Assembly (NCBI RefSeq): GCF_044324875.1
Contig: NZ_CP172185.1
Strand: one strand, 5' to 3'
DNA from: Escherichia coli
GTDB taxonomy: Bacteria; Pseudomonadota; Gammaproteobacteria; Enterobacterales; Enterobacteriaceae
DNA: 64,000 nt
A program made the position numbers and the translations under genes. Each line of letters starts with the position of its first letter. Within the stretch, counting starts at the first letter, position 1. The notes beneath the pieces were generated by a model, which did not search any database, was not told the DNA's origin, and saw nothing but the letters and a program-made list of their open reading frames with translations. This document shows, in pieces, positions 19,341 to 32,630 of the stretch.

Positions 19341-20299
19341 CGATACGCGGCAACAAGATTAGCCATCATTTCAATATGTTCCGGCGTGGCATTAAGCGCC
19401 GGAATATATTCGTATTTTTTCCCGCCCGCACCGAGGAAGACCTCACGGTTTTGCTCGGCAATCTCTTCCAGCGTCTCCAGACAATCCGCAGCAAAGCCCG
19501 GGCACATCACCTGAATATGACCTACGCCTTTTTCTCCGAGCATTTTCAGCGTTTCGTCGGTATAAGGCATCAGCCAGGGTTCCCGCCCAAAGCGCGACTG
19601 AAAGGTCATCATCACTTTTTCCGGTGCCATCCCCAGTGCGGAAGCCAGTTCGCGAGTCGTTGTGCGGCAACGCTGTGGGTAATCATCACCTTCATCTGCA
19701 TAACGTTGAGGAATGCCGTGATAAGAGAGCAGCAGCAGATCCGGCTCGCCATGTTTGGCAAAAGAAGCGCGTACGCTGTTCGCCAGTGCATTAATGTAAT
19801 CGTGGTTATCGGCGTAATCACGAATAAACGATATCCCCGGAATGCTACGTTTGCGCGCCAGAATGCGTGCCAGTTCATCCCATACCGCACCGACCGTTGA
19901 ACAGGAGTATTGCGGATAAAGCGGCAGCACCACAATATGATCTACATGCTCTGCCAGGAGTTCATCTACGGCGCTTTCCAGTGATGGCGAGCCGTAGCTC
20001 ATTCCCAGCGCTACGGGCGTCTCCGGTAAACGTTGTGCCAGCGCCTGCTGTTGCTGGCGGCTGTAAACCATCAGCGGCGAGCCACCTTCCATCCAGACAG
20101 AGGCATACAGCTTCGCCACACGCGGCGAGCGCAGCGGCAAAATCACGCCGCGCAGCAACGGCCACCATAACAACCGTGAGGTATCAACCACGCGTCTGTC
20201 GCTTAAAAATTGTTTCAGATAGCGTTTTACCGCTTCAGGTGTGGGGGCATCGGGCGTACCCAGGTTTGCCAGCAGGATACCGGTTTTAGTCTGACGCAT
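19337..20299 (-). CDS. hemH: Ferrochelatase
   Basis: 320-aa ORF matching HemH. Confidence 0.95.
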
Positions 20300-20430
20300 T
20301 ACCGCCTCTTATCGATTCAACTTGTTGATAATTGTAGCGGAAAAGTGAAGAAGAAGAACTAATTGCTGTGAGAGGTATTGCCTGAGGAGGATGAGCAGAC
20401 CTGCCCGAAAGCAGATCTGCTGCGGCTTGA

Positions 20431-21147
<717 letters not shown>

Positions 21148-21255
21148 TCAAGAAAGGCACCTGGGGCTGAAACGGTTAATGGCGAGATAATTTGCGGAAA
21201 GTGCAGATAATGAAAAGAAAAATGCCGGATGACACGAAGGTCATCCGGCATGACA

Positions 21256-23130
21256 TCAGGAAACCAGCAGCTGGTTCATACGACGAATAAACAGGTTCGG
21301 ATCTTCCAGCGTGCCGCGTTCTGCCAGCAGCGCCTGATCCAGCAGCAGTTCTACCCACTCGCTGAACTTCGCTTCATCTTCAGTATCTGCCGCACGTTTC
21401 ACCAGTACGTGATCCGGGTTCAGTTCGAAGATGTATTTCACTTCTGGCACTTTCTGGCCCGCCGCAGCGAACAGTTTCGCCATCTGAGTGCTCATTTCGT
21501 CCGCGTCGGTAGAGACAATCGCTGGCGTATCGGTCAGACGGTGAGTCAGACGGACATCTTTCACGCGCTCGCCGAGCAGGGCTTTCACACGGTCGATGAA
21601 CGGAGTCAGGGCTTTCTCCGCTTCTTTCGCGCTCTCATCAACTTCGTCAGCCAGTTTTTCCAGCGACTCGTCAACTTTAGACACAGACTGGAACGGTTTA
21701 CCGTCGAACTCAGTCAGATAGTTCATCATCCACTCATCGATGCGGTCGGAAAGCAGCAGAACTTCGATGCCTTTCTTACGCAGCAGTTCCAGGTGCGGGC
21801 TGCTCTTCGCTGCCGCATAGCTGTCTGCGGTGATGTAGTAAATTTTCTCCTGCCCTTCTTTCATGCGGGAAACGTAGTCTTCCAGAGACACGGTCTGCGC
21901 AGAAGAATCGGTATGAGTAGACGCAAAACGCAGCAGTTTGGCGATCGCTTCCTGGTTAGCGAAATCTTCCGCCGGACCTTCTTTCAGTACCAGGCCAAAC
22001 TGTTGCCAGAAGGTCTGGTATTTTTCCGCGTCGTCTTTCGCCAGTTTTTCCAGCATTTGCAGCACACGCTTGGTCAGCGCATTGCGCAGGTTACGCGTTA
22101 CCGTGCTGTCCTGGAGGATTTCACGGGAAACGTTCAGCGGCAGATCGCTGGAGTCAATCAGACCACGCACGAAGCGCAGATAGTTCGGCATGAACTGTTC
22201 TGCGTCGTCCATGATGAACACACGCTGGACGTACAGTTTCAGGCCATGTTTATGATCGCGGTTCCACATATCCCACGGAGCCTGGGACGGAATGTACAGC
22301 AGGCTGGTGTACTCCTGCTTACCTTCAACACGGTTGTGGCTCCAGGTCAGCGGATCGTTAAAGTCGTGGGCGATGTGTTTGTAGAACTCTTTGTACTCTT
22401 CATCGGTGATTTCCGACTTGTTACGGGTCCACAGCGCCTGCGCTTTGTTGATTTTCTCCCAGGAGATAACGGTTTCGCCGTCTTTCTCTTCGCGTTTTTC
22501 GATCTCTACCGGCAGCGCGATATGGTCGGAATATTTGCTGATGATGGAACGCACACGCCAGTCATCGAGGAACTCGTCTTCGCCTTCACGCAGATGCAGG
22601 GTGATTTCAGTACCACGATCTTCTTTAGTGATGTCGGCAACGGTGTATTCACCTTCGCCAGCCGATTCCCAGAAGACGCCGTTTTCTGGTTTTTCGCCTG
22701 CCGCGCGAGTACGCACGGTCACTTTGTCAGCCACGATAAAAGCAGAGTAGAAACCAACACCAAACTGACCGATCAGCTGGCTGTCTTTCGCCTGGTCAGA
22801 ACCCAGGGATTCGAGGAATGATTTGGTGCCGGATTTAGCGATAGTCCCCAGATGGTCAATCACTTCGTCGCGGGTCATCCCCACGCCGTTATCGGAGATG
22901 GTCAGCGTGCGCTTGTCTTTATCGAAAGAGACACGAACGCGCAGTTCGCCATCACCTTCGTACAGGTCCGGGTTAGAGAGCGCGCGGAAACGCAGCTTGT
23001 CCGCCGCATCGGAGGCGTTAGAGATAAGCTCACGCAGGAAGATTTCTTTATTGGAATAGAGAGAATGGATCATCAGGTGCAGAAGCTGTTTCACTTCTGA
23101 CTGAAAACCACGAGTTTCTTGTCCTTTCAT
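21256..23130 (-). CDS. htpG: Hsp90-family chaperone
   Basis: 624-aa ORF matching HtpG. Confidence 0.97.
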   Translation of the reverse strand: MKGQETRGFQSEVKQLLHLMIHSLYSNKEIFLRELISNASDAADKLRFRALSNPDLYEGDGELRVRVSFDKDKRTLTISDNGVGMTRDEVIDHLGTIAKSGTKSFLESLGSDQAKDSQLIGQFGVGFYSAFIVADKVTVRTRAAGEKPENGVFWESAGEGEYTVADITKEDRGTEITLHLREGEDEFLDDWRVRSIISKYSDHIALPVEIEKREEKDGETVISWEKINKAQALWTRNKSEITDEEYKEFYKHIAHDFNDPLTWSHNRVEGKQEYTSLLYIPSQAPWDMWNRDHKHGLKLYVQRVFIMDDAEQFMPNYLRFVRGLIDSSDLPLNVSREILQDSTVTRNLRNALTKRVLQMLEKLAKDDAEKYQTFWQQFGLVLKEGPAEDFANQEAIAKLLRFASTHTDSSAQTVSLEDYVSRMKEGQEKIYYITADSYAAAKSSPHLELLRKKGIEVLLLSDRIDEWMMNYLTEFDGKPFQSVSKVDESLEKLADEVDESAKEAEKALTPFIDRVKALLGERVKDVRLTHRLTDTPAIVSTDADEMSTQMAKLFAAAGQKVPEVKYIFELNPDHVLVKRAADTEDEAKFSEWVELLLDQALLAERGTLEDPNLFIRRMNQLLVS

Positions 23131-23239
23131 GTAGGTCTACCTCAATAATGCCATTTTAAGGTTAAAAACAGGATGTGGGAGAGATGGGGACAAGGGAGAA
23201 TAATTTCAAGCGAGAGCAGGTGATCCTGCTCTCGTTTGC

Positions 23240-23844
23240 TTAAAAACGAATCTTATGACGCCCGGCAAGGGAGTGTGACAGCGTGGTGCCATCGACCATT
23301 TCCAGCTCGCCGCCAACCGGTACGCCATGAGCGATTCGGCTGGCTTCCACGTCATATTGCGCGCAAAGCTCGGCAATGTAGTTAGCGGTAGCTTCACCTT
23401 CAACCGTGGGGTTGGTGGCGAGGATCACTTCAGTGATTTTTTCCTCTGCCAGACGCTGTTCCAGACGATCAAGCCCGATATCATCCGGACCGATGCCGTC
23501 CAGCGGTGACAGGTGTCCCATCAACACAAAATAACGGCCTGAAAACTGCCCCGTCTGCTCAATGGCGTAGATGTCCGCCGGACTCTCCACCACGCAGATT
23601 TGACCGTTTTCCTGACGACGCGGATTCGAACAGATGTTACAGACTTCCTGTTCGGTGAAGGTGCGGCAATCGGCGCAGTGGCCGATTTCCGACATCGCCC
23701 GGGTGAGCGCCTGCGCCAGACGCATCCCGCCGCTACGATCGCGCTGAAGCAGCGTGAACGCCATACGCTGCGCCGACTTCGGGCCAACGCCCGGCAGACA
23801 GCGCAGTGCTTCCATAAGCTGTGTTAACAGCGGGCTGGTTTGCA

Positions 23845-23845
<1 letters not shown>
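23240..23845 (-). CDS. recR: Recombination protein RecR
   Basis: 201 aa with zinc-finger and Toprim motifs. Confidence 0.96.
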
Positions 23846-24189
<344 letters not shown>

Positions 24190-24226
24190 TCACGTTAAGG
24201 ATGACGAACGTAAGCTGTGCTTACGA

Positions 24227-26158
24227 TCAAATGGGGCGGATACTTTCTTCATCCAGCTCCGCATCGAAGAATCGACGCAGGGTCTGAATATTATTATCCG
24301 CAATAATGGACTCGCGCGCCTGCGCAAGTTTTTCTTCGTATATCGCCTGACGCCATTCCAGCGGCGTACGCACCGCGGGATTATCATCTTCAACGATAGT
24401 CAGTTCAACCGTTGAACCTTTTAACGTGCTCAACGCTTCAGCCAGTTTTTGCTGTGCGCCGCGGTTGTTCAAATGCCGCTGAGAGGAGCGCAAATGCAGA
24501 CATACTGCGTTGTCGCTCTCCTCTTTCCAGGCATTTAACGCCACCTGTTCGACCAGTTTTGGTAGCGAAAGTTGACTCACCTGAGCCGCCCACGGGTCGC
24601 GCTCAATGGCTTCTGCCGCCAGCTTCGCCGCCAGTTCCGGCGTTTTTTCATGTTCCAGCGCTTTTTTTAGCGCCTTCGGCGTGGCGACCACTTCTTTTTG
24701 CTGCATCACTGGAGTGGTAGCCTTCCAGCGATACGCTTCTTTTTTGGCTGGCGCTTTTTCCAGCGCCGATGGCACCGGACGCGCCTGAACGCGATCGGTG
24801 ACCGAAGCCAGTCTTTCCAGCGCAGCGTTATTCACCGGCCGCGCGCGGGTAGCGGCTGCCGGTTCACTCTTTTTTGCTTTGGTTGCTCCCTGCACGCGCT
24901 GCAACTGCTGGCGCGCCGCCAGCACCTGGCTGGTGGTTTCCGGGAGCGGTACAGTCGGTGCCTGCTGCGGCGCTGATTGCGGTTGTGGCGGCACCTGGGT
25001 TGGCGTCATTACTGCCGTTGGCGCAACGAGCGCAAAGGACTGGCGTGGCACTTCTGGCTCAGGCAGAGGCATACGCGGATGGAACGCCAGCGCGCGCAGC
25101 AGCGTCATCTCAACACCCATACGGCGGTCTGGCGCATACGGTAATTCTTTGCGACCAATCAACAGCGTCTGATAGTAAAGCTGAATATCCGTCGGCGGTA
25201 TGGTGCGCGCCAGTTCACGCATCCGCAGCTCAATGGCGGCCATGTCGTTGCCAAGAGCAGCAGGCGAAAGTTGTACCATCGCAATACGATGCAACAGACC
25301 GAGCATTTCCACCAGCAACGCTTCCCACTCGATACCACGGGCAGCAGCTTCATTAATTAGCGCCATTACGCGCTCGCCGTTGGCCTCGACCATCGCTTCA
25401 ACCAGCGATAACGCCTGATCGTCGTCAAGCGTACCCAGCATCGCACTGACCGCCTGGGTTGAAACCTGGCCGTCACCGCTGGCAATCGCCTGGTCGGTCA
25501 GACTTAAGGCATCTCGCAGGCTGCCTTCAGCGGCGCGTGCCAACAATTGCAGCGCCCGCGGCTCGTGAGCGATATGTTCTTCGTTGAGGATGTGCTCAAG
25601 CTGATGGCGAATTTGCTCGACATCCAGCGCCTTGAGATGAAATTGCAGACAGCGTGACAAAATCGTCACCGGCAATTTCTGCGGATCGGTCGTCGCCAGC
25701 AAAAACTTAACGTGCTCTGGCGGCTCTTCAAGGGTTTTTAACAGTGCGTTAAAGCTGTGACGCGACAGCATATGCACTTCGTCGATGAGATAAACTTTGA
25801 AACGACCACGCGCCGGAGCGTACTGGACGTTATCCAGCAGGTCGCGAGTGTCTTCAACTTTAGTGCGCGAGGCGGCGTCGATTTCAATCAGATCGACAAA
25901 GCGCCCCTGCTCGATTTCACGACAATTATCGCACACGCCGCACGGCGTCGCGGTAATGCCGGTTTCGCAGTTTAGCCCCTTCGCCAGCAGTCGGGCGATA
26001 GAGGTTTTTCCGACGCCACGGGTACCGGAAAAAAGATAAGCATGATGAATACGCCCTAACGACAAGCCGTTCGCCAGTGCGGTCAGCACATGTTCCTGGC
26101 CGACGACGTCAGCAAAGGTTTGTGGGCGCCATTTTCGGGCTAAGACCTGATAACTCAT
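24227..26158 (-). CDS. dnaX: DNA polymerase III tau subunit; gamma arises by programmed -1 frameshift
   Basis: 643 aa. A AAA AAG slippery heptamer (plus-strand cttttttg, 24869-24876) at codons encoding AKKSE. Confidence 0.97.
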   Translation of the reverse strand: MSYQVLARKWRPQTFADVVGQEHVLTALANGLSLGRIHHAYLFSGTRGVGKTSIARLLAKGLNCETGITATPCGVCDNCREIEQGRFVDLIEIDAASRTKVEDTRDLLDNVQYAPARGRFKVYLIDEVHMLSRHSFNALLKTLEEPPEHVKFLLATTDPQKLPVTILSRCLQFHLKALDVEQIRHQLEHILNEEHIAHEPRALQLLARAAEGSLRDALSLTDQAIASGDGQVSTQAVSAMLGTLDDDQALSLVEAMVEANGERVMALINEAAARGIEWEALLVEMLGLLHRIAMVQLSPAALGNDMAAIELRMRELARTIPPTDIQLYYQTLLIGRKELPYAPDRRMGVEMTLLRALAFHPRMPLPEPEVPRQSFALVAPTAVMTPTQVPPQPQSAPQQAPTVPLPETTSQVLAARQQLQRVQGATKAKKSEPAAATRARPVNNAALERLASVTDRVQARPVPSALEKAPAKKEAYRWKATTPVMQQKEVVATPKALKKALEHEKTPELAAKLAAEAIERDPWAAQVSQLSLPKLVEQVALNAWKEESDNAVCLHLRSSQRHLNNRGAQQKLAEALSTLKGSTVELTIVEDDNPAVRTPLEWRQAIYEEKLAQARESIIADNNIQTLRRFFDAELDEESIRPI

Positions 26159-26286
26159 TGGCAGGCTCTGAAACGCTGGAAGGTGGATTCACGAAGGGGT
26201 AATGCTAACACAGCCCCGTCAGAACGGCGAGGCTGAATGCACATCTTGTGCTGTCCGTAGCGTGGGCAGCACAAGACTGGCGATAA

Positions 26287-26838
26287 TTAATGGCCCGGGA
26301 ACGGGACAAGGCTGTAGCTGGTAATGCCCTGTTTTTCGAGACGCTGTTCGCCGCCGAGATCGAACAGGTTGATAATGAACGCAGCGTCAGCCACTTCACC
26401 ACCCAGACGACGGATCAGTTTAACGGTCGCTTCGATAGTGCCGCCGGTTGCCAGCAGATCGTCCACCACCAGAACTTTGTCGCCCGGTTTGATGGCATCA
26501 ACGTGGATTTCCAGCTGATCGGTGCCGTATTCCAGATCGTAAGTTTCACTGATGGTCTCACGCGGCAGTTTGCCCGGTTTACGGACCGGTACAAAGCCAA
26601 CGCCCAGACCCAGAGCTACCGGAGCGCCAAACAAGAAGCCACGCGCTTCGGTGCCGACAACTTTGGTAATGCCCGCATTTTTGTAACGCTCAACCAGCAA
26701 GTCGATGCTGAGAGCGTAAGCTTTCGGGTCTTCCAGTAAGCTGGTGACATCACGGAAAAGAATGCCGGGTTTTGGGTAGTCCTGAATGCTTTTGATGCTA
26801 TTTTTGAGATACTCAAGCTGCTGTGCAGTCGCGGTCAT
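26287..26838 (-). CDS. apt: Adenine phosphoribosyltransferase
   Basis: 183 aa from [12 protein letters not shown]. Confidence 0.96.
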
Positions 26839-26990
26839 AAGTGTATGCCTGCTTGTTACGGTGGTACTCACGGCGCGTTTTAAACGTATCAAAAGTAACA
26901 GTTGTTTAACCTTTGACCGCCTGCGCCTGTGCTCGAAAACGCCAGAATGTACTGGCTGTACGCAATAATTGCAACTGCGATTGTTGTGCT

Positions 26991-27368
26991 TCAGTGCTTT
27001 TCTTGCTTTTCATCAATCACCGGAATTCGCCACATATAAAAAAGCAAACAGGCGAGAATTACCAGCAACATGATGCGCACCCATGGCATCTGGACGAACC
27101 ACAGAGAAATTGCAAACGTGAGCAAAATAAGCAAAATCGCCCGCGGTTTGACGCCGCGCGGCATCGCATGATGTTTCTGCCAGAAACGTAGATAGCTGCC
27201 AAACCATGAGCGGTACAGCAACCAGGCGTGAAAGCGCGGGGAAGAACGGGCAAAGCACCAGGCCGCCAGCAGGATAAACGGCGTCGTCGGTAATACCGGT
27301 AATACCACGCCCAGCGTACCCAGCACTACCGCCAGCCAGCCAATGATGATTAAAATGATTCGTTGCAT
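26991..27368 (-). CDS. ybaN: DUF454 inner-membrane protein
   Basis: 125-aa ORF matching YbaN. Confidence 0.9.
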
Positions 27369-27437
27369 ATTGAGTGTTGTCAGCTTACAGAGTGGCTACC
27401 TTAGCATAACAATTATCATTTTCATTGAGGTCTTATC

Positions 27438-27965
27438 GTGAAAACCGCCCTGCTGCTGGAAAAACTGGAAGGACAGCTCGCCACGCTGCGCCAGCGTTGT
27501 GCCCCGGTAGCGCAATTTGCCACGCTAAGTGCGCGTTTTGACAGGCACCTTTTTCAAACCCGTGCGACAACACTACAGGCTTGTCTCGATGAGACGGGCG
27601 ATAATCTGGCTGCGCTTCGTCATGCCGTTGAGCAACAGCAACTGCCGCAAGTCGCCTGGCTGGCAGAACATCTGGCGGCGCAACTGGAAGCCATCGCGCG
27701 TGAAGCCACAGCCTGGTCGCTACGCGAGTGGGACAGCGCGCCACCAAAAATTGCCCGCTGGCAGCGTAAACGTATTCAGCATCAGGATTTTGAGCGGCGG
27801 CTACGTGAGATGGTAACCGAACGTCGAGCCCGCCTGGCGCGGGTGACCGATCTCGTGGAACAGCAAACGCTGCATCGTGAAGTGGAAGCCTATGAAGCGC
27901 GCCTGGCACGCTGCCGCCATGCGCTGGAAAAAATCGAAAACAGGTTAGCGCGTTTAACCCGCTAG
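27438..27965 (+). CDS. priC: Primosomal replication protein N''
   Basis: 175-aa ORF matching PriC. Confidence 0.93.
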   Translation: MKTALLLEKLEGQLATLRQRCAPVAQFATLSARFDRHLFQTRATTLQACLDETGDNLAALRHAVEQQQLPQVAWLAEHLAAQLEAIAREATAWSLREWDSAPPKIARWQRKRIQHQDFERRLREMVTERRARLARVTDLVEQQTLHREVEAYEARLARCRHALEKIENRLARLTR

Positions 27966-27978
27966 CAATGGAGAGAGT

Positions 27979-28140
27979 ATGTCACTGGAAAATGCCCCTG
28001 ACGATGTCAAACTGGCTGTCGATTTGATTGTGCTGCTGGAAGAAAATCAGATCCCAGCGCGCACCGTGCTGCGCGCGCTGGATATTGTAAAACGCGATTA
28101 TGAAAAGAAATTAACGCGCGATGATGAGGCGGAAAAGTGA
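27979..28140 (+). CDS. ybaM: Small protein YbaM (DUF2496), 53 aa
   Basis: Below the track's size cutoff; atgtcactggaaaatgcccct... encodes [53 protein letters not shown]. Confidence 0.8.
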   Translation: MSLENAPDDVKLAVDLIVLLEENQIPARTVLRALDIVKRDYEKKLTRDDEAEK

Positions 28141-28184
28141 AAAATAAATGGGGCCGCTAAATGTCCCCTAAGATTGCGGGCAAA

Positions 28185-28295
28185 CGCAAAACTGCCTGAT
28201 GCGCTACGCTTATCAGGCCTACACCGCTCCTGCAATATATTGAATTCTTGCGGTTTCGTAGGCCGGATAAGGCGGTCACGCCGCATCCGGCATGA
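28185..28295. repeat. REP/BIME palindromic elements
   Basis: gcctgatgcgctacgcttatcaggcctac...gccggataaggcggtcacgccgcatccggc. Confidence 0.75.
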
Positions 28296-28351
28296 ACAAC
28301 GCGCACTTTGTCAGTAATCTCGGGGCAACTAAATGTCGCCCCCTTTGGTTA

Positions 28352-31300
28352 TTACCCAACCGCTGGTGTCGGATCGTCGCCTTTGTAGTCGCGTTTTACT
28401 TCCGTCACCTCATCGCCCTTCTCGTTGTGCAGATGCACTTCAAGCTGGTTAAAGGCAATGTTGATGTCGTTTTCACGGCACAGCTGATCGATAGTACGGT
28501 TCAGCTCATCGACAGTACGACTACGGTCACGCAGTTCACGCACATACAGACGCAGCTCATGATCCAACGTGCTGGCACCAAACGCCGTAAAGAAGACTTC
28601 CGGCATTGGTTCGTGCATCACCCTTGGGTGCTCAGTCGCCGCCTTCAGTAACACTTTACGCACTTTTTCCAGATCGGAGCCATAGGCCACGCCGAGACGG
28701 ATCACCAGACGCGTAGTTGTGTCAGTCAACGACCAGTTGATCAGACGCTCGGTAACAAACGCTTTATTCGGGATGATCACTTCTTTGCGATCGAAATCGG
28801 TAATCGTTGTCGCACGAATACGGATCTTACTTACCGTCCCCGAGAAGCTACCAATGGTTACCGTATCACCAATGCGTACCGGACGTTCGAACAGAATGAT
28901 CAAACCGGAGACGAAGTTACCGAAGATCTCTTGTAAACCAAAACCAAGACCTACGGATAATGCTGCCGCCAGCCACTGGAGTTTATCCCACGAGACGCCC
29001 AGCGATCCGAACACCGTCATCGCACCAACGGCAATAATGATGTAGTTAAGGATGGTAGTAATGGCATACGACGCGCCCTGGCGCATGTTCAGGCGCGAGA
29101 GCACCAACACTTCCAGCAAACCAGGCAGGTTGCGAATCAACGCCCAGGCTACCATTGAGGCGATAATCGCAAACAACAGACTGCCCATGGTGACGTTTTT
29201 CACCACCGCAGCGCCAGCTTCAGTGCCGTTGTAATGCCAGAGCGTGATGCTGTCGAGATAGCTGAACACGGTGATCAAATCGGACCAAATTGCCCAGAAC
29301 ATGACACCGAACAGCGCAAACATCAGCAACATGGTAATACGCAGCGTCTGCTGGTTAACCTGCTCCAGTGCAATGGTGGGTTCTTCCGGCGGTTCAGCAC
29401 CTTCCGCGCCCTCTTTCACCAGATTCTGCCGACGCGCCAGCGCACGACGCCAGGCGATACGCCGCGCCGCTACGCTTAAGCCACGCAGTACTGTCTGGTA
29501 CAGCAGGTTCCAGATGATCACCAAATAAACGGTTTCAATCCAACGCCCGGAGAGACGCAGCGTGGTGTAGAAATAACCCGTGGCGGTCAGCACCATCAAC
29601 GCAATCGGGATAATCGACAGCACGGTAATGGTGACCAGTCGCATGGTGTGCGACTCTTTATCACGCCAGCTTTCGCGGCACATCGGCCATACCAGGAAGG
29701 CAATCAGCAGCAGGTTGAAGAAAATCATCGCCTGCCCCAGCACATCATCCATCAGATGCAGCGGGGAAAGTTCTGCCACCACAGACCAGAAATGGATAGG
29801 CAGCAACGCGAGACTGATGCGGACAATTTGCCGACGCCAGTGGCTGGTCTGCTGTTCCGGCATACCAAAGTGACGCACGGCAACGCCGTTTTTCTCCAGT
29901 ACCTTCCAGCACAGGCCAAACACCAGCCAGAAAATCGCCAGTTTTTTACTGAACGACCATAGCAGTTCGCTGATGTTGAGCTGCATGGTCAACAGAATCA
30001 GGCCAACCGCGAGAATAATCAGGCACACCGGCAGCGCACGGATCAGGTCGATAAGGATCGCTTTTGGTGTGTTGAGCTGGCTGTCGTTACGCAGGGAACC
30101 CACAGCGGAAGCCAGTTTTTGTTGATACGCTTTCAGCCAGCCCAGACGCCAGTGGATCAGCCCGGCAATCAACAGCAGCGGCAAACCGGCGAGGAAAGCG
30201 ATAAAAACGGCAGGCCAGGCTTTTTCCCAGTTCACCGTGATTTTCATCGACTTAAATTCATCTTTCAGGCTTTGCGGGAACGCTTTGATCCAGTCCCAGT
30301 CCATTGGACGGTTACTGTTCACCCAAAAGATTTGCTGAGTCAGGATGGATTTCAGGTTTTTCGACACACTCATTAACTGCTGCTGGTTGATTTGCAGGTT
30401 AATGGCCATCATCAGCTGGTTACCCAACTGTTTGTTAAGCTGATCCAGCAATTCGCGACGCATATCAACTACTTGCAATAACGCATCGTGAACTTCGCTG
30501 TTGACTTCGTTGGTGTGACCTTCTTCCAGTTTGTTGACGAACGCATCGCTCTGGAAGAGTGCATCACGCTGCTGGTTAACTTCAAACTGTTCGAGACGCA
30601 AATCCGCGATGCGGTTGGTCATGTTTTCCAGTTCATCCGCCGAGGGCAGCGTTTGTTGTTGCTGGTAAAGGATACGAGACAACAGCAGGCTGCCCTTCAG
30701 GACGGCAATCTGCTCTTTAATATTGCGTTCCGATTGCAGCGCCCGCTCCAGCCAGTTTTTGACTTTAATGTTTTGCTGCATCAACTGATTACCGTTTTCA
30801 GTCGCGGTAATCAGACGCTGACTTAACTGCTGGTTAATTTCCAGTTCCTGCTTCACCAGCGGATTAGCCTGAATACGCGCGGCTTCATCCGGGGAGACGG
30901 CCTCCTGCGCCGTTTTTTCGGTTAAAGTCAGGCGCTTGCTGTTTACCGCTTCTTGCAACAGCTGCAACTGGTGCTCCAGACGGGCGCTGTTCGCCGTCAC
31001 GTAATCCCGTTGCTTTTGCAAGGTATCCTGTAAGACTGTGTTCCCTTCCAGGCTTTTACGCTGCTGGTCAATCTCCGCATTCAGCAACGCCTGCTGGGCC
31101 TGCATTAACACTTTCTGGCTGGGACGTAAGGCAGTCTCGCCGACATCAGTCCCATCCAGACGACTGCGAATTTGTTGCAGCTGCTGCGAAGCGTTATACA
31201 TCGCATTTTGCACGCGTTCGGGCTGCGTCTGTAACGAAACCAGCTGGCTGTTATAAGACGCCAGATCGTTTTGTGCGTTTTGCAAATCGTCCAGCGCCTG

Positions 31301-31714
31301 GGCAACGCGAGTTTCCAGCTGGCGCAACGAAAGTGTGCTCAGAATTTTGCGCGTTTCTTCGTCATTATCGACATCGCTAAGTGCAGTTAACGCCGCGGTC
31401 GCCTGGCGCATTTTTTCCGGCGCTTCAGCGACTTTTTGCCGTAGCTGAACTGTCTCTTCTTTTACGCGATCGATTTTATCGAGGGTAGCTAATGTATCTG
31501 TCAGATCCTGCTGCACCAGTTTGTCCTGAGCAGAAAGATCTTTTTGTTTATTCAGTGAGTCAAGTTGTGCCTGCAGGTCCGCTTTTGTCGGCAGATCACC
31601 ATTCGATGACGCCCGCGCAAACGCCGTGTTCTGGCATAACAAGACAAAAACAAAAGCAATAAATGCTGAAAAAACAAAATGCCGTGATCGTTTGTAATAC
31701 TGGAACATAGTCAT
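28352..31714 (-). CDS. mscK: Potassium-dependent mechanosensitive channel
   Basis: 1120 aa: signal peptide, long coiled-coil periplasmic domain, C-terminal MscS-like channel domain. Confidence 0.96.
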   Translation of the reverse strand: MTMFQYYKRSRHFVFSAFIAFVFVLLCQNTAFARASSNGDLPTKADLQAQLDSLNKQKDLSAQDKLVQQDLTDTLATLDKIDRVKEETVQLRQKVAEAPEKMRQATAALTALSDVDNDEETRKILSTLSLRQLETRVAQALDDLQNAQNDLASYNSQLVSLQTQPERVQNAMYNASQQLQQIRSRLDGTDVGETALRPSQKVLMQAQQALLNAEIDQQRKSLEGNTVLQDTLQKQRDYVTANSARLEHQLQLLQEAVNSKRLTLTEKTAQEAVSPDEAARIQANPLVKQELEINQQLSQRLITATENGNQLMQQNIKVKNWLERALQSERNIKEQIAVLKGSLLLSRILYQQQQTLPSADELENMTNRIADLRLEQFEVNQQRDALFQSDAFVNKLEEGHTNEVNSEVHDALLQVVDMRRELLDQLNKQLGNQLMMAINLQINQQQLMSVSKNLKSILTQQIFWVNSNRPMDWDWIKAFPQSLKDEFKSMKITVNWEKAWPAVFIAFLAGLPLLLIAGLIHWRLGWLKAYQQKLASAVGSLRNDSQLNTPKAILIDLIRALPVCLIILAVGLILLTMQLNISELLWSFSKKLAIFWLVFGLCWKVLEKNGVAVRHFGMPEQQTSHWRRQIVRISLALLPIHFWSVVAELSPLHLMDDVLGQAMIFFNLLLIAFLVWPMCRESWRDKESHTMRLVTITVLSIIPIALMVLTATGYFYTTLRLSGRWIETVYLVIIWNLLYQTVLRGLSVAARRIAWRRALARRQNLVKEGAEGAEPPEEPTIALEQVNQQTLRITMLLMFALFGVMFWAIWSDLITVFSYLDSITLWHYNGTEAGAAVVKNVTMGSLLFAIIASMVAWALIRNLPGLLEVLVLSRLNMRQGASYAITTILNYIIIAVGAMTVFGSLGVSWDKLQWLAAALSVGLGFGLQEIFGNFVSGLIILFERPVRIGDTVTIGSFSGTVSKIRIRATTITDFDRKEVIIPNKAFVTERLINWSLTDTTTRLVIRLGVAYGSDLEKVRKVLLKAATEHPRVMHEPMPEVFFTAFGASTLDHELRLYVRELRDRSRTVDELNRTIDQLCRENDINIAFNQLEVHLHNEKGDEVTEVKRDYKGDDPTPAVG

Positions 31715-31841
31715 GATGAATGAAGGTTTCTGAACCTGAAGAACGACCTGAAAAAGTCAAACCGCAAGAATATCACGACGCAGTGAACCAGAATAGCAAC
31801 GACGAAAATGTCCAGGAAAAATCCTGGAGTCAGATTCAGGG

Positions 31842-32489
31842 TTATTCGGTAATGGCAGGGTTACGAAGCGTGGGACATAGGAGATACATCTCCAGTAAGA
31901 TGGCGACGTAATCGCGGGCTTCTTTTTTAAGATCAAAAGATTGCGGGGCAAAGAGCCAGTTTTCCATCAGGCCGGAAATATAGCCGCGCATAATAATTGC
32001 TGCCCGACGCGTCATTAAATCCGCAGGCAACATTTTCGCTTCAATACAATGTTTTAACGTTTGTTCTATACGGTCATAACTTTCCAGACAGAGATTACGT
32101 TGTGCCTGTTGCACAACAGCCATTTCTCCGACAAATTCGCATTTGTGGAATATAATCTCCATCAATAATCGACGCCGTTCTTCTGTCACCGTGGATTCAA
32201 GAACATGAATTAATATCTCTCTTAATACTGAGAGTGGATCGCCAGGGAATTTTGCCTGATACTCAAGCTCTAGTTCACCAATATTGGATTCTGACAGTTC
32301 CCAGATCTCACTGAACAAATCCGACTTGTCTTTAAAATGCCAGTAGATTGCACCGCGCGTAACGCCAGCTGCTTTTGCAATCTCGCCCAGCGAGGTGGAT
32401 GATACCCCCTGCTGTGAGAAAAGACGTAGAGCCACATCGAGGATGTGTTGGCGCGTTTCTTGCGCTTCTTGTTTGGTTTTTCGTGCCAT
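31842..32489 (-). CDS. acrR: TetR-family repressor of acrAB
   Basis: 215-aa ORF, divergent from acrA. Confidence 0.96.
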   Translation of the reverse strand: MARKTKQEAQETRQHILDVALRLFSQQGVSSTSLGEIAKAAGVTRGAIYWHFKDKSDLFSEIWELSESNIGELELEYQAKFPGDPLSVLREILIHVLESTVTEERRRLLMEIIFHKCEFVGEMAVVQQAQRNLCLESYDRIEQTLKHCIEAKMLPADLMTRRAAIIMRGYISGLMENWLFAPQSFDLKKEARDYVAILLEMYLLCPTLRNPAITE

Positions 32490-32517
32490 ATGTTCGTGAA
32501 TTTACAGGCGTTAGATT

Positions 32518-32541
32518 TACATACATTTGTGAATGTATGTA
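32518..32541. promoter_or_regulatory. AcrR operator palindrome (TACATACATTTGTGAATGTATGTA)
   Basis: Perfect 24-bp inverted repeat in the acrR-acrA divergent region. Confidence 0.85.
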
Positions 32542-32630
32542 CCATAGCACGACGATAATATAAACGCAGCAATGGGTTTATTAACTTTTGACCATTGACC
32601 AATTTGAAATCGGACACTCGAGGTTTACAT

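Noticed and set aside
21229-22821. Long antisense ORFs inside conserved genes (530 aa in htpG; also 60504..61736 in lon and 58206..58979 in ppiD)
   Set aside because: They are fully embedded antisense to highly conserved, intact housekeeping genes, have low-complexity skewed composition and no translation signals. They are reverse-frame artefacts.
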